A stretch of 64,000 nt of DNA. It comes from Paragordius varius. Its lineage: Eukaryota; Animalia; Nematomorpha. The stretch lies in the NCBI GenBank assembly GCA_964247055.1, contig OZ176050.1:13764001-13828000 (forward strand), in the 5' to 3' direction. Position 1 is the first letter of the stretch; every line of letters starts with the position of its first letter. Under the pieces are notes generated by a model. That model did no database searches and was not told the DNA's origin. It worked only from the letters and a program-made list of their open reading frames with translations. Of the stretch, positions 26,283 through 39,600 are shown in pieces. The translations under genes and the position numbers were made by a program.

Positions 26283-29200
26283 AATCTAAAAAATATCTAT
26301 TTATATAAATTTGTTTTATTGAAATATAAAAGAAACCGTTGTCAAACCTGGGTAATATTTTTATATTATATCATATATTTAATAACACAAAACCATAATT
26401 TTGGAGGACGCAATAAAAATAATTTAAAGCTCGATGGAGCTTAAAAGATAAAAAAGGTTAGGAAGCACTGTACTGATTTATTAAAGCAGAGATAATCAAA
26501 ATTATAACAAGTTTAACAATTACTAATACTTAAATGTTAACAAGTAAAAATTCGTTTTTAAGCCATTTTAGAACCAAAAAATTCGGTTTAGCTATGATAA
26601 AAGTTTTAAATTAAATTAAAGGATCCACCCATTTAAGTATTTTATAGTTTTTCAAACAAAATTCCAGTTTAAGATGTTAAAATCGCCAAGTAAAAAACAA
26701 TTTTTTAAACAATTTTTGAATAAGATAACGTAATAATACCTTTATTAAGAATGGATTCATTTTAATAGACAGAGCATAGATAGATTTAAAATTTTAATCA
26801 GAAACCAAAAAATCAAATGATCCGATCATTGAATGCAAAAGTTGATTGGAAAAGCAAGCAAGCGAACAAAACAAATTTTATTAAAAATCTGATATAATTT
26901 CTCCAATATATCAATTCATTTAGTTTTAGCAGATATGATTTATAAATTAATGAATAATTTTTTTTATAAATGCGATTTTTTTTCGTCGTGATTTAAAGCA
27001 ATGTAGTTAACCATAAAAAAATTATTTGTTTAATCGTTTGTAAATATTATTATTATACATTGTTTCTTTTCCTTAGCGATTGCACGTTGTGCGACACGAA
27101 AAAATATTTTTTATATGCATATTATATATAAAATATATAAAAAATAAAATATGATAAAGACTTAATATTAACATAATTATATATATATATATATATATTG
27201 TGTAGTTAGTTAGTTTATATATATATATATATATTTACACCTTTGTGAAAATGTATATGGAGATAAGTATAAATATATATAGGTGAATTAACATCTTAAG
27301 ATAGATAAGATTATATAAAGTAAAAAGTTTGATAATAATTAATTTCCCATTAAATATTTCATTATATATAATTATAAATTTTATAATTAAAAAGTGAAAA
27401 AAAATATCAACGAAAAAATCAAACTTAACATTTTTAACAATGCGTCACAAATGAAAAGATATCTTTTTATAAGCCGAAAATCTTATTTGTAGTTAATAAA
27501 AAAGCGAAAATTTGTAGTTAATGTTTATTAATTATTTTGTTCAAATATAATATATATATATATGTTTTTTAACATTTTTTAATCTTTTCAATACATTTTA
27601 CATTTTTACCTTTATTTTATTTTTTATTTAGTGTTAAAAAATAATGCTTTGTTCTCTACCTTAAAACCATCTCATCAATCGCGATTCGGTGTTAAAATAT
27701 TGTCTCTGTTTAGTAAGTGTTTTATATATGCGTAATAAGAAGTATAAAAAATGTTCATCAAAGAAATATTTATTCACACATACAATTTTTCAAAATTTCG
27801 TTAAACTATGTAATGAAAAAAAAAGAATTTGTTGCCGAAAATCGTATAAATTTTTTCGTATAATATATTATTAAAGTTAAAAAAAGTTTTTTTAGAAATA
27901 TGGGAAAAGGATTAGTTAAAACTGGGAGGAATTTTAAGAGCGACAAAAAAGATTGTGCCTTCGCCATGAATGTCAAGGTGGATATGGCTTATATCAGTTT
28001 TGCTAACAAATTTTTTTTTCCAAAATCTAACTTTTTTTAAAGAAAAAATAGACTAAGTTTTTTATTATATATATATAAATTCCAATTAACGTTAGAAATG
28101 AATATTTTATGTTGTTAATAATACCGATGTCTGGATTATTGATAGGATGCGACCTTTAACGTCAATATTTTGAGAATTAAAAGAAAAAGGGGGTGGGAAT
28201 TTAAGATCTACCGATTTATTTAGTTACACAATGCAAAATTATTTTACGGAAAAATAAAAATTTTGTTAGTAATTTTGAATAAAGAAGAGCAATCAATGGT
28301 TTAAAATATATAATTAATTAGTAATTATATATTCCTTTTCAAATAACAAATTTCGGGTAAAAAAAAACGAGAAAAATATTAATATATTTATAAAAATTAG
28401 ATTCTACAATATGGTGATCTAATTGATTTTTTGTGAGGAAATCCGAATTCCAGTATGGCGTCAGCATAACTAATATCGGTAAAAATGTAAAATATTTCAC
28501 CTATTTTTTTGCCTTCAGAAGGGGGGAAACGAAAATATTATAAATTCCTGAATGATTTTTGCTAATCCCCTATTTTACTCGTTATATTCTGATCTATATA
28601 GATGTAAATAAGAATTTTTAAGGTCAAACCAAACATAGTTTGTAGATGGGATCTAAAAATAATACATTAATAACTTTTCTATAACTTCATATTTGATTAG
28701 ATTGCATTACAATGTTTTCATCGATCTAGTAAAGCGTTAAAATTATATGTGCCATTTTATAACCATCATTTAATTAATTTGATTAAAAAACGATGTTCAC
28801 CTTATTTCATTCCTTTTCTTATCTAATATTTTGTATATATTTTAATCGGTCAAATATGTTATTAATATAAATATGTATGTATGATTAAATGATAAAAATA
28901 TGTAAGAAAATCGATTTATATATTACATTACACTTTCCACTCCATTTATTCAGCATTATACCACCGATTAATCCAAAATATTAAGAATGATTATTTGATA
29001 TGTTAGTTCTATGGGATTTTATTAGAAAAACCACTCTAAATGACCACCCTGTATTGTAAAACCATAAGCATGCCAAAAAAGTCAATGATTATCTTCAACA
29101 GACATGACCTAAGATATATAGCAATAAAGTATGGAAATATTTCGTTAATAAATTTTTTTAATGATTGTTAGAACGCTGAGACTCTATCAGGCAAGTAAAT

Positions 29201-30617
29201 TTAAGCCATATACAAGCATTTTTAAGAGTGTGCGTGCCTTTAAAGTTTAATGATGGCTAAAATATTTAATCGCCATATAGGCGAGCTATATCCAAAAAAG
29301 GTAAACAGCTGACATAATTTTATTTTAGATTTAGAGAATATTAGATTATCACGGAGACTAAATTTTCAATATGTGATAGATTATTAAACATTATATATTT
29401 TTAAACCATTTCCTAGGTGATTTAACAGTAAAAATTGGCAAATTTAAAATAATACCTTAATTTTGTTAATATTAAAATATTGCCTTTTATTATTATAGAT
29501 TCCATATAATATATTAAATATTATTTTGTTTCTGCATTTCCTCTTATATGTGGCTTTAGACCCCAATTTTTTAGACGATAATATTTTTTCATAAAATCTA
29601 GAGCAGTTGTTGTCGCAAAAAATTTTGGAGGGTTAAATAACATACTTTTCTTGTCTTCAAGAGCCATGCACCGTATAATACCGACAAATATGACATTTCT
29701 ATTTGGCACATATGCAGTTATATAAAGTCAAACTAGTACATCAAAAAAGAAAATGAAAAATTCAGGGCCATAAAAAGCACCCATAGGGCCACGGTTTGAA
29801 TACTACTGATCTAGAGTCTTAATCTGATGCGTTTGTTTTAAGTTGTCTATTACTAACAAGATAAACTATTCCCAATAACTTTTTTATCTAGCAATAGAGG
29901 AGCGATGCTGTATCAATATCAGAAAGTTTTTTACGCTTTGTGTTAATTTCCCTGGATTCTACACGTTTAGAAAATAAACTTCTCACTTTTAGCATAAAAA
30001 TTTAATCGTCTTTAAGCAGGAAATTTTCTTTGTTTGTGATATGATTAGATAGATATAATCTACATAAAGTATTGTTTCCCTAAAGCTATTAATATTCATT
30101 TAAAATTAATTAATGAGATAATCTAAGATTCCTAAGCGGAAAACTATATAAGGTATAAATGCGAATATATTATATTGACTCAGTGACTGACTGCTTTCTA
30201 TTTTTTCTTTATTATTTATCTATTTCACAATAATTATCTTTTTTTCCCATTATATTAATAATTGATGAAGGTTAACTATCTTTTTCACTAGACTTATTTC
30301 ACACCTGTATATCTAAAATTATACCTGAATATTTATATATCAAAATAAAAATAACATAAATATCTGTTTTATATTATTAAATACAGTTTTTACCACTATG
30401 AGAGTCAAGACCAACAAACATGCTGGTCCCAATAATTGTTTATTATTTTATTTTACATTACGCTAAAAACAGTTAAGGTAAAGTGTTTGGTATCGGACTA
30501 TTACCATTTTTTCTATGAGTATACAGTTGATGTATTGTAAAAAATGTGTCAATTAACTATAGCTAAGTTGTATTTCTATTAAGATCTAATATCATTCATA
30601 TATATTATATAATTGAA

Positions 30618-33600
30618 ATGAACAAGCCATCTATAAAATTAGGGTTATTCCTAATTATTTTGACTGCCACTGCTTTTTGGGTTAACATTGGCAAATGCCA
30701 AACATCCGAATATAAGCCTGCCATCGTTGACTCTAACGATATTTATAACAATGCAAACAATAATTACACTAATAATGCGGGTTCCAAAACCTTGGGTCAA
30801 GTCAAAACATGGCATTCTATTAAGCGTTTGCTGTGGAATTATAATCCATACCAGGATCCACATGAATATTCACCAGAGAATGGTTTGGAAACATGGTTAG
30901 TTTATATAGACGATTTTTAGATTTTTACCTGTTAATATGGTTACAAAATTAATCCTCTTTGATTTTCTTAATTTTATAGGATATCAGAAGGCGTGCTGGA
31001 TGGTGATTGCAATAGTAAATATCACTTATGCCATTCACCCGTTTTCAGCGCAAAGAATGAAGCTAGAAATGTTCAAGTCATAAATTACAGGTATTTGCTC
31101 ATATATTCAAATTGCTTTTTTATATCCATGTATTGTGATACAAACAAGGTTTGATATATTTTTTCAAGAGTTGAAGGCATTATTGGTACCTCGATTTCAT
31201 AATTGATTTATCTTTTTAAATATAAATAGAAAAGGGGCCACAGTTTTAGCGACCAAATGGTTTAATACCTTAGGGAATGATAATGAAAATACCCCAAATT
31301 CATATAAAAGAGCCAGAAGACAGACCTCATCTTATAGATCTGCTCCTAGGTTACGAAGACCAACACACTACTCTACTAATTCCGCAGATAGGCAAAGCGC
31401 CCAAAATCCTTATGGTAAAGAAAATTATAATTCTGATTCACCAACTCCATCACCTTATGCCGAAATTACTTATGAAGAGGATCTGGAGGACGGTTTCGAA
31501 GTCAGTGATATATCTCCACAAACTTTTTCGCGCAAAGATGATTCACAAAGATTGAGCACGAGTGAAATGATTCAGGATCAATACCAGCACAAATTGTACA
31601 CTTTTATACACAATAACGTGGTTAACCTTATAGGCACACGCTTGCATAAACCTCTTACCTCAAATGAGGGTAAAGATTCTAGGAGTCCTTTTAGCAAATC
31701 TAATTCACAGAGTCATAATCCATTTTACGGACGAAAAGAAATAGGTGGTGACAACAGACATCAAACTCAATGGAAGGTAAAAATTACATATTTAATTTAA
31801 CACACATCAACCAAGAATGACGGTTTACTTGAAAAACATTGTTTTATATTAGGTTTTATAATAAATATAAGGACGACAGCCTTTAATTAAACATGTACTA
31901 AAAATAAAAAACAAATCATACTCAGCACTTAACATTTTACAAAAAATTAAAATTTTAATTAATTAATTAAGAATGAAAAAAACAGTCAAAAAAGAAAAAA
32001 CATATTTGCAAATCTTTTATTTAAGCATAATATAATAGTTTAATCCATTATTTTTACATATGATTACAACCTTTTTTGACTGGTAATTTACAAAAGCCCT
32101 TACAATCACTGATAAAAAGGGGAAGGGAACGTTTTCTAAATACATTATATTTGGATTGTTAGTAAATAAAACGTTATAAAACAATTATTTCGAGAGTTTG
32201 CTTGTGAAATTGACTATTTAACATATTAAACTTAAACCATATATAACACACTGGTATTTATTAGTCTGGAGATGCCCTTAGTTACATCTATGGTTTACGA
32301 GAGGGATCGTTTAACAATGAAGATCAAAGTAAGCTAACCTACATTGCAAGCATCAGAAAAGTTCCGTTTCCGGCTGAAAATATTCCGAAAGGCATTGCTA
32401 CAACCGATGGAAGGCGAGATTCAAACTCAAAAATGGCCCCTAAGATTGAATTTACGACATTTGATTTTTTCAAGTGGAGTCATATTGTTTTGACCCATGA
32501 TTCAGATATATTAGGTTAATTATTTCAATATTATTATTTAAAATAAGGAGCAAATACTTTTTAGATATATGCAAGACTCTCCGCGAATAATCTGTGGCTT
32601 AAATCTTTGTATCATATAGCCAATTTTTGGCATAAATTATGCTAGACTATTTATCTAAAAGATTTGTTGGAAATCGTAGCACAATTTATTAATTTCAATT
32701 GATTTTTGCTATTAGATATAAACGGAGACAATAAAATCAACTCGGTTTTGTATCCTTCAAAAGTCAGAGCCTCGCAAATGTATAACCTTGGATCACTATA
32801 TAAAACTGCTTACGATGAAATACCTTCGGAATCCACTGCACCTACAATAAATGCTAGAACGCTTCTTGTATTATTGCAATCAACCCAAACCGTTGTAAGG
32901 TAAAATACATATATATGTTATATATTTTTATAACTTATGTGGGTTGTTTTCAAAAGTATAATATATATGTAGCTATCCAAACAACGCTAAACCAGAAGAA
33001 TTGGGCAAACATCGCGGATTCTTAATGCGACAAGAAAGGGAGTCCTATAAAAGTACGTTAAAGCAATCTCAAGAACTTTACCAAATAAAAGAAACGTACA
33101 TGGAGATTTATCAGTTAATTAGCCCGAACCCAACAACAGCCGTTACTGGTAGTGAAAGCGTTAATGACAATACCGCTGAAAAATCACGTTTGGATTTATA
33201 TCGAAGACGTATTATGCCATCATGGAATGAACAGAGAACGGTTTCAGACTTCAAAATATTTAGCCTCACAATTGGAGATTCTTGGTCCGCTCGGCAAAAT
33301 ATATCGACACCCATAGGGAGATATAGTGGTAGGCGGCCCGATAGACAGAAATATAGAGCATTTCACAAAAATGAAAGGAACTATGAGGATAGTACACCGG
33401 ATAAAACGATAGCAATCATTAGTGGAACAAGTCATGGTATGAAAGAGGGCACATCCTCCACCCCAACATGCATTGTAGGTTTGTATCTTTGGAATGAAAA
33501 AATTGAAGATTTTACTGTAATAAACCGGAATTATGAATTGCCAAATGTAGCTGATAATACAAACAATATCGATCTTAATGATCCTCATAAAGAAGTAGAT

Positions 33601-36600
33601 GAGAGTATAAAAAGTGCTAAACTATTTACTGTTCCATATACAACGCATGGGGGTAATCGACCAGCAATTCATCTCTTAACAATTCAAGAATCCGTTATTG
33701 TTGAATACCCAAAGGAAAACACCAAAAACTATAAAACATCTCATTTCAAACCTGTAACAACCCGAACATACGCTATCCGAATACATTCGGTCAATGCAGA
33801 ATCACGAATATCCACAAATAACGTTAAACACATTCAAACTTTGGATTTTTCAAGCGATCCAACTGAAGTTTATGATATTATTTCTTATCCAACGACTCGT
33901 ACAACTCAATATTTCGGACAATCTACGGAAACCTTACTATTAATCCAGGATACTGATGGCTTATTGCACACGTTTAAGTATGATTTCCGAAATTGCTATT
34001 TATTTATTTATTTGAATAAACGGCAAACTATTGTTTAATGTAAAATTCTTTTTTTCTTTACACTAAAATATTTTATTCATCCACTGCTTTACATTCCACA
34101 ATTTCTTGTTAAATTATAATATAATAGATGGGTTGGTCTCGCTTTTGTTCCCTTTTCCACCGTTAATCGGGGCAAAGATGATCCGAATTCACTCGTACTT
34201 CAGTATACTTCACTAGTTCCTAACCTGTATGTTTCATCTGACAAAAGCGTTAACAATGCTGGCTCAGACATATCTGCTACTGATGTTCGATATGCAGAAT
34301 ATAATGGACAAAGTTTGCTAATTGCTTTAGTTAAGAGTGAAAAAGATATGGATATTGATGATAGTTTGGATATAGAGGAGGATATTAGACCGCCAATCGG
34401 TTACAAATACAGTCTGGATTTCCAAGCCTTAACGGAAAATATTTTAATTAAACAACCGGGCGGGAAAACCATTAGCCCTAATGCTCAACAAATGAAAGAA
34501 GTGGCAGGTTCAGTCCCCATAACGGATCAATTATCTGAAATATCAACGAATGTACGCATCGCTCACATGAATGTGCTGCAAAGCAAGGTTTATAAAGTGT
34601 TGAAAAAAAATTATTTTTACCCATATAATATGTCGCAAGTTTGAAATAAGATTAAGTTTAGCATATGTTAACGATAGAAAACCATTGTAGTTTAATAGGT
34701 ATATTTTTAAATTTATAAAAATCTCGCAAATATTTAATTTAAATCTTTACTAAGCGTTTTGGGATTAAATGAAGGCATATTTTTGACTCAAAAACATAAT
34801 ACTATCAATTATTACGATTTTTAGATGTTAATTTTTGTGGCTATAATTTGCAAAAAGTTTGGTCAATTTTATTTTTAGAGACGGTGCCAAAAATATACAG
34901 CAGATATTTCAAAATAATTCAAAACCCAAATCGATCCGATTGCAATCTCTGAAAAAATAAACCATAATAAATATTTTTCAGAAATATATTTCTTTATTAT
35001 ACACACGTCGATATATTTTGGGGAAGTTTTATACCGTAAGATCAAATATCGAAAAACATTTAAGGTATTGAGCATAATTATCATTTTTTTTATTTTTTTA
35101 AGCGCATGATTTATTTTTTTTTCAAAAAATATAAAATTGTAAACATGTTTTAATTTTTAAATCAGCTGTGTGTTTTAATTGTGTTTTGGAGCTATTACAA
35201 TTCGAAATTTTACAAGCTCAAAAACTTCATACAAATAAGCCTTTAACATAAGAAAAATGTTTATTTGATTTAATCAAAACAACTTGCTGCTATACATTAG
35301 TTTTTACAAGTTAAAGCCCTTTAAATTATCCCCAATCGTAATCGTCCGCAAAAGATGTAAATGGTTAATTATTTTAAAAATATGGTTAATTTTTGCTATT
35401 CATTAATTTTAAATGTCCTTTCCCAAAAATTAGATATTAGACTTATTTTTAAATATTAAAACGATATATTGAAATCAGTTTAAGATGTATCAATTAGACT
35501 TATAAAATAAGATATAAATTTATTTTATAATTTCACACATGACTTAAATTCATATCTGTATTTTCTTTTACCAACTTGTTGTAAAAATTATTTAAATCAT
35601 TTGAATACATACAGTTGTATATTGTGCTCGAAAGTCAAAATCGACGGGCTCCAATCAATGTGGATTACCCAGATTGCATAGATGATCCTTTTTGGATACT
35701 GGGCGTTGGGAAGAAATGTCAAACTTCACAAGCCTTTCAAATTATATCCCTGGCCCTTGAACAAAAGCGTCCGGTCGACCCTATAACAGCTAAGCATTTG
35801 AAATTGCTAACATTGCTTGAAATTATGGAGGAAAAAATTGATGGGATTGAAACTCAACTTTCACAAGCCGAACAGGCTATGGATGATATTTTCTACCTTG
35901 ACAAAGATATAATCACTGTAGCTCCGAGCAAAGAATCAGGGTCTGGACAAGGAGAGACAACAGCTCTATATCCTTTAACGAACAAAACTTTCCAGGGATC
36001 CGTGACGGGACAAAAGGGTGTAATTTCTACCAACAAGGACATACACATTTTGCAAACGCTCCAAATTCAATCCCCCATACCCACTAAACGCGGCCACAAA
36101 AATTCAGCATCGAAACCCGACGAATCGAAAAATGCGCCTTCTACCGTTTTACCTGGTGCCGCGTTTGATATTCGAATTGTTAGGAGAGCTGAAAAAGTGT
36201 TTGCCAATGCTAGCCAGGCATACGCCACATGGTTGGCAAACAAGGATAACGTTGTAAGCTCGGAGGATAAAAACGTTCAATTTTCTCCTGATATCACACT
36301 TCAACTCTCATTATTGGACGATCCAACAAGTGGAGAAGAAAGTGCAGAAATTAGAGTAGCAGGTAATACGCATATTGTAACCCGAAGTGGAACTGGTCCG
36401 CTTTCCCCGTTACGACAATTGAAAATGCGGCCAGCTATTAGACTCTCTGCCATTAACGGACACCGTTTGAGGGATCTTGAAGGGTAAATTTTTATCCTGT
36501 TTTATATATAGTACCGTTATAAAAATGATTATATTTACGAAAAATGGGGATCAAAAAATATATGTTTAATTTTAGATAAAAGCTTTAATATAAGGATTCG

Positions 36601-39600
36601 TATTAATTAATGCGATTCATATAATAAATTATTAAGTTTTCTGCTATTCGTTGAAAAACGAATTTTTATTATTGCACATATTTGAAGTTTAAGTGCTATT
36701 TTTAATCTTTAATTTTGTGAGCCATCAAGGAAAAAAAATAAATTTATCGAATTGATTAAAACATTATTTGATAAGAACTGCTTGCCTTGGTGTTATTTTC
36801 AAACCTAATCAATAGGAGTTTTCCCCGCTTAAAAATTTTCATAACTATTTCTAATTTGTCGTTCAATGTGCCAAAAATACGAATTTCTGAAAACTAATAA
36901 ACTTGAAAACATTCAATTATATATTTCTTACCATTTTGTATAAAGGAATATGGTTTTGCCGGATCCTGTAAATAACACAGTAGTTATTGATAGACCCATT
37001 ATTTTTGAATCTGATATAACTATCAAGGGCGATTTACAAACTGATTCAATCAATGGAATTGATCTCTCCGAATCAGCCATTAAGACTAATGATGAAAAAC
37101 TTACTCTCCCCCATTCAGTAATTACCGTTTTAAAAGGTAAAATAATATATACCAACAAACCAACTTTGATATAATTTACATTATTTGGTATCTATGTCCT
37201 TTATATACATTTGATAGATGTCAAAGTTATCAATAATCTCCAAGCTGATAATGGCATCAATGGAATTGAGATTGGTCGGTTTCTAAACCTCAACCAAGCG
37301 TTCAAGGAACAAAGTTTTGTTATTAAAATATTAATTCTATATATACCATTTTTACGTCAAAAGTAACATTTTTAAGCAAACGAAGGAAGTGCAAATGTTG
37401 CGTTTGCTTGGAAATGTTTGTTCAAATAAGTGTTGCTTTAGGTTGAAAAAGTGTCGCGTTTGCCTAAAAATGGTATATATTTAACAAAAATCACAAGTTT
37501 AGTTATTTATACATTATATTTTAAAATTATTTTCACTGTATATCAGGAACCATTGTGTTTGAACGCTTAACTGTAGAAGGCAATTTGGAAATCGATTCGG
37601 GAACCGTTAACTCAGTCAATTTGGTTGACTATTTTGACAACTTGGTACTCTTAAACTCCTCAACCCCTCAAGAAATATCAGGTTTAAGACAAAGTTTATT
37701 TTAGTTAGAGTGCTATTATTATGGGCCTTTTTATTAGTTTAAAAGGATAAATATTTTAATATACCTTTGGATTAGATATCTATAGAGTTGACCATAAATT
37801 ATTAATGTTTAAAGGTTCCAAAGAATTCATAAGTGTGGATAATATAGATATTGTTTTCAACAAACCTGTCCACATTGAGGGTGAGTTAAATGGCAAACAT
37901 TTTGATAATTTGATAAAATCGATAGTCCGCATAAGGCCTGAAAAAAAGAAGAAAGGTACAAAAACTAGTCATGTCGTTCAAATCCCAATCTCGGAGGTAA
38001 GCTTTAAAAATCCAGTTCACATTAAAGGCGACCTAGATATTGGTGGAGATGTTAACCGAATAGCTTTTGATGATTATCTCAGGAAGCGAGGACCGCAAAC
38101 TTTTACGAGTATATATAATATCTAAAACTCAACTATGCTTTTTGACATAAATTAATTTGTTTATCCCAATTTTTTTAACAATCACCAATAATTAGCAGAT
38201 CTCACATTTTTAAAGCTTAGACATGTAAGGTTTAATATATTGTGGAACAATATCAATATTAATATATTTTTCTTTAATGTCCAATTATAGTTCCAGTAAC
38301 CTTTGAAAGAGACGTCGTATTACATACGGATTTACGATTGAGTCCGGGCGTTGAAGCTTTTGGCTTAGGCCCACTCCAGAATGAACAATATATATACAAT
38401 GATGAAAGAAACATAATTACGATCGAGGCTACCAAAATTTTTGAGGGCCAAACAATTTTTGAAGGGCCCGTAAAATTAAACAATCCTTGGGCCGATCGAG
38501 AAACCCTGTTGATTGATGGTGTTAGTCCTGAATTCTTGAGGGACATAGTTACGCTGTATGATGAGAGTAACAATAAAATAACCTCTTTGGATCTATCAAA
38601 TGATATTGAATTTTCGGATGTCGTAACCCTGGATGGCTCATTAATCACTCAATCTCAATTTAATGGTATCAATTTGACTGAACATTTTGTGACAGCGCTC
38701 AAGAAATCCCAAATAACTCGAAAGTTGCGGTAACTCTGATTTTTAATTTTTATGATGCTTATTACACTAAAAATTGTTACTCTTAGTAAAATTTATTGTT
38801 AACATCAAAATTAATATGTACAGATCAAAAGATTCCGCATTGCATTTTACAGGGACAAAAATGTTTTATCAAGATTCAAGCCTTCAAGGCGACATATTAA
38901 GCGAGATTATCGTTCCATCTGGTTTGGGTACCTTTACAACAAATGAAAACATTTTCTTTCAGAAAGGGGTCCTTGTCAATGGTTTGAATCTTGAACAAGA
39001 TTTATGGTTATCGCATTCGGCTCATAACCAAAAATTGCCACAAACCTCAATATATGCCAACAATAGTTTAAGTTTTCTGGGTCCAGTAACTTTTGAAGGT
39101 GAACTCACTGTAGAAAACCGGTTGAATGATGTAGATTGGCCCAAGTTTTTGAACGATAGGATTAGCTTGTCAAGAGATCAGGACATAGGACATGACGGTC
39201 AGGGAACAGCAACACGATTAATATTTACCGGAAACGTTGTTATAGAACAAGATTTAACATTTGCAACGAATGATATCACCCTTAATCAAGATATTTTGCC
39301 TAAAACAGCGTTTTTATACGTCGATCAGCAAGATATGTCCTCGCAAAAAACTACTTACGTTAGTGAGGAAGATGACGAAGCAGATGTGACTCTTGGTTCC
39401 TCCATTACACTCCATGGTGTCAAAACATTTGTCGCTTCAACTAAAATGTCGGCTGGAGAACCATTTACAGTGCTAGGCAAATTACTTGTTTTACAAAATC
39501 TAAACATTTCATCCAAGCCAAACATTGATAAGGATAGGGAAAATGGGGACAGTTGGTTAGGATCCGATATTAATGTCAATGATTGTTTAGAACGTAAATT

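Noticed and set aside
27900-28000. EF-hand-like LDIHGEGTI on the minus strand
   Set aside because: Lacks the position-12 Glu and flanking helices, and hits a stop without a donor site.
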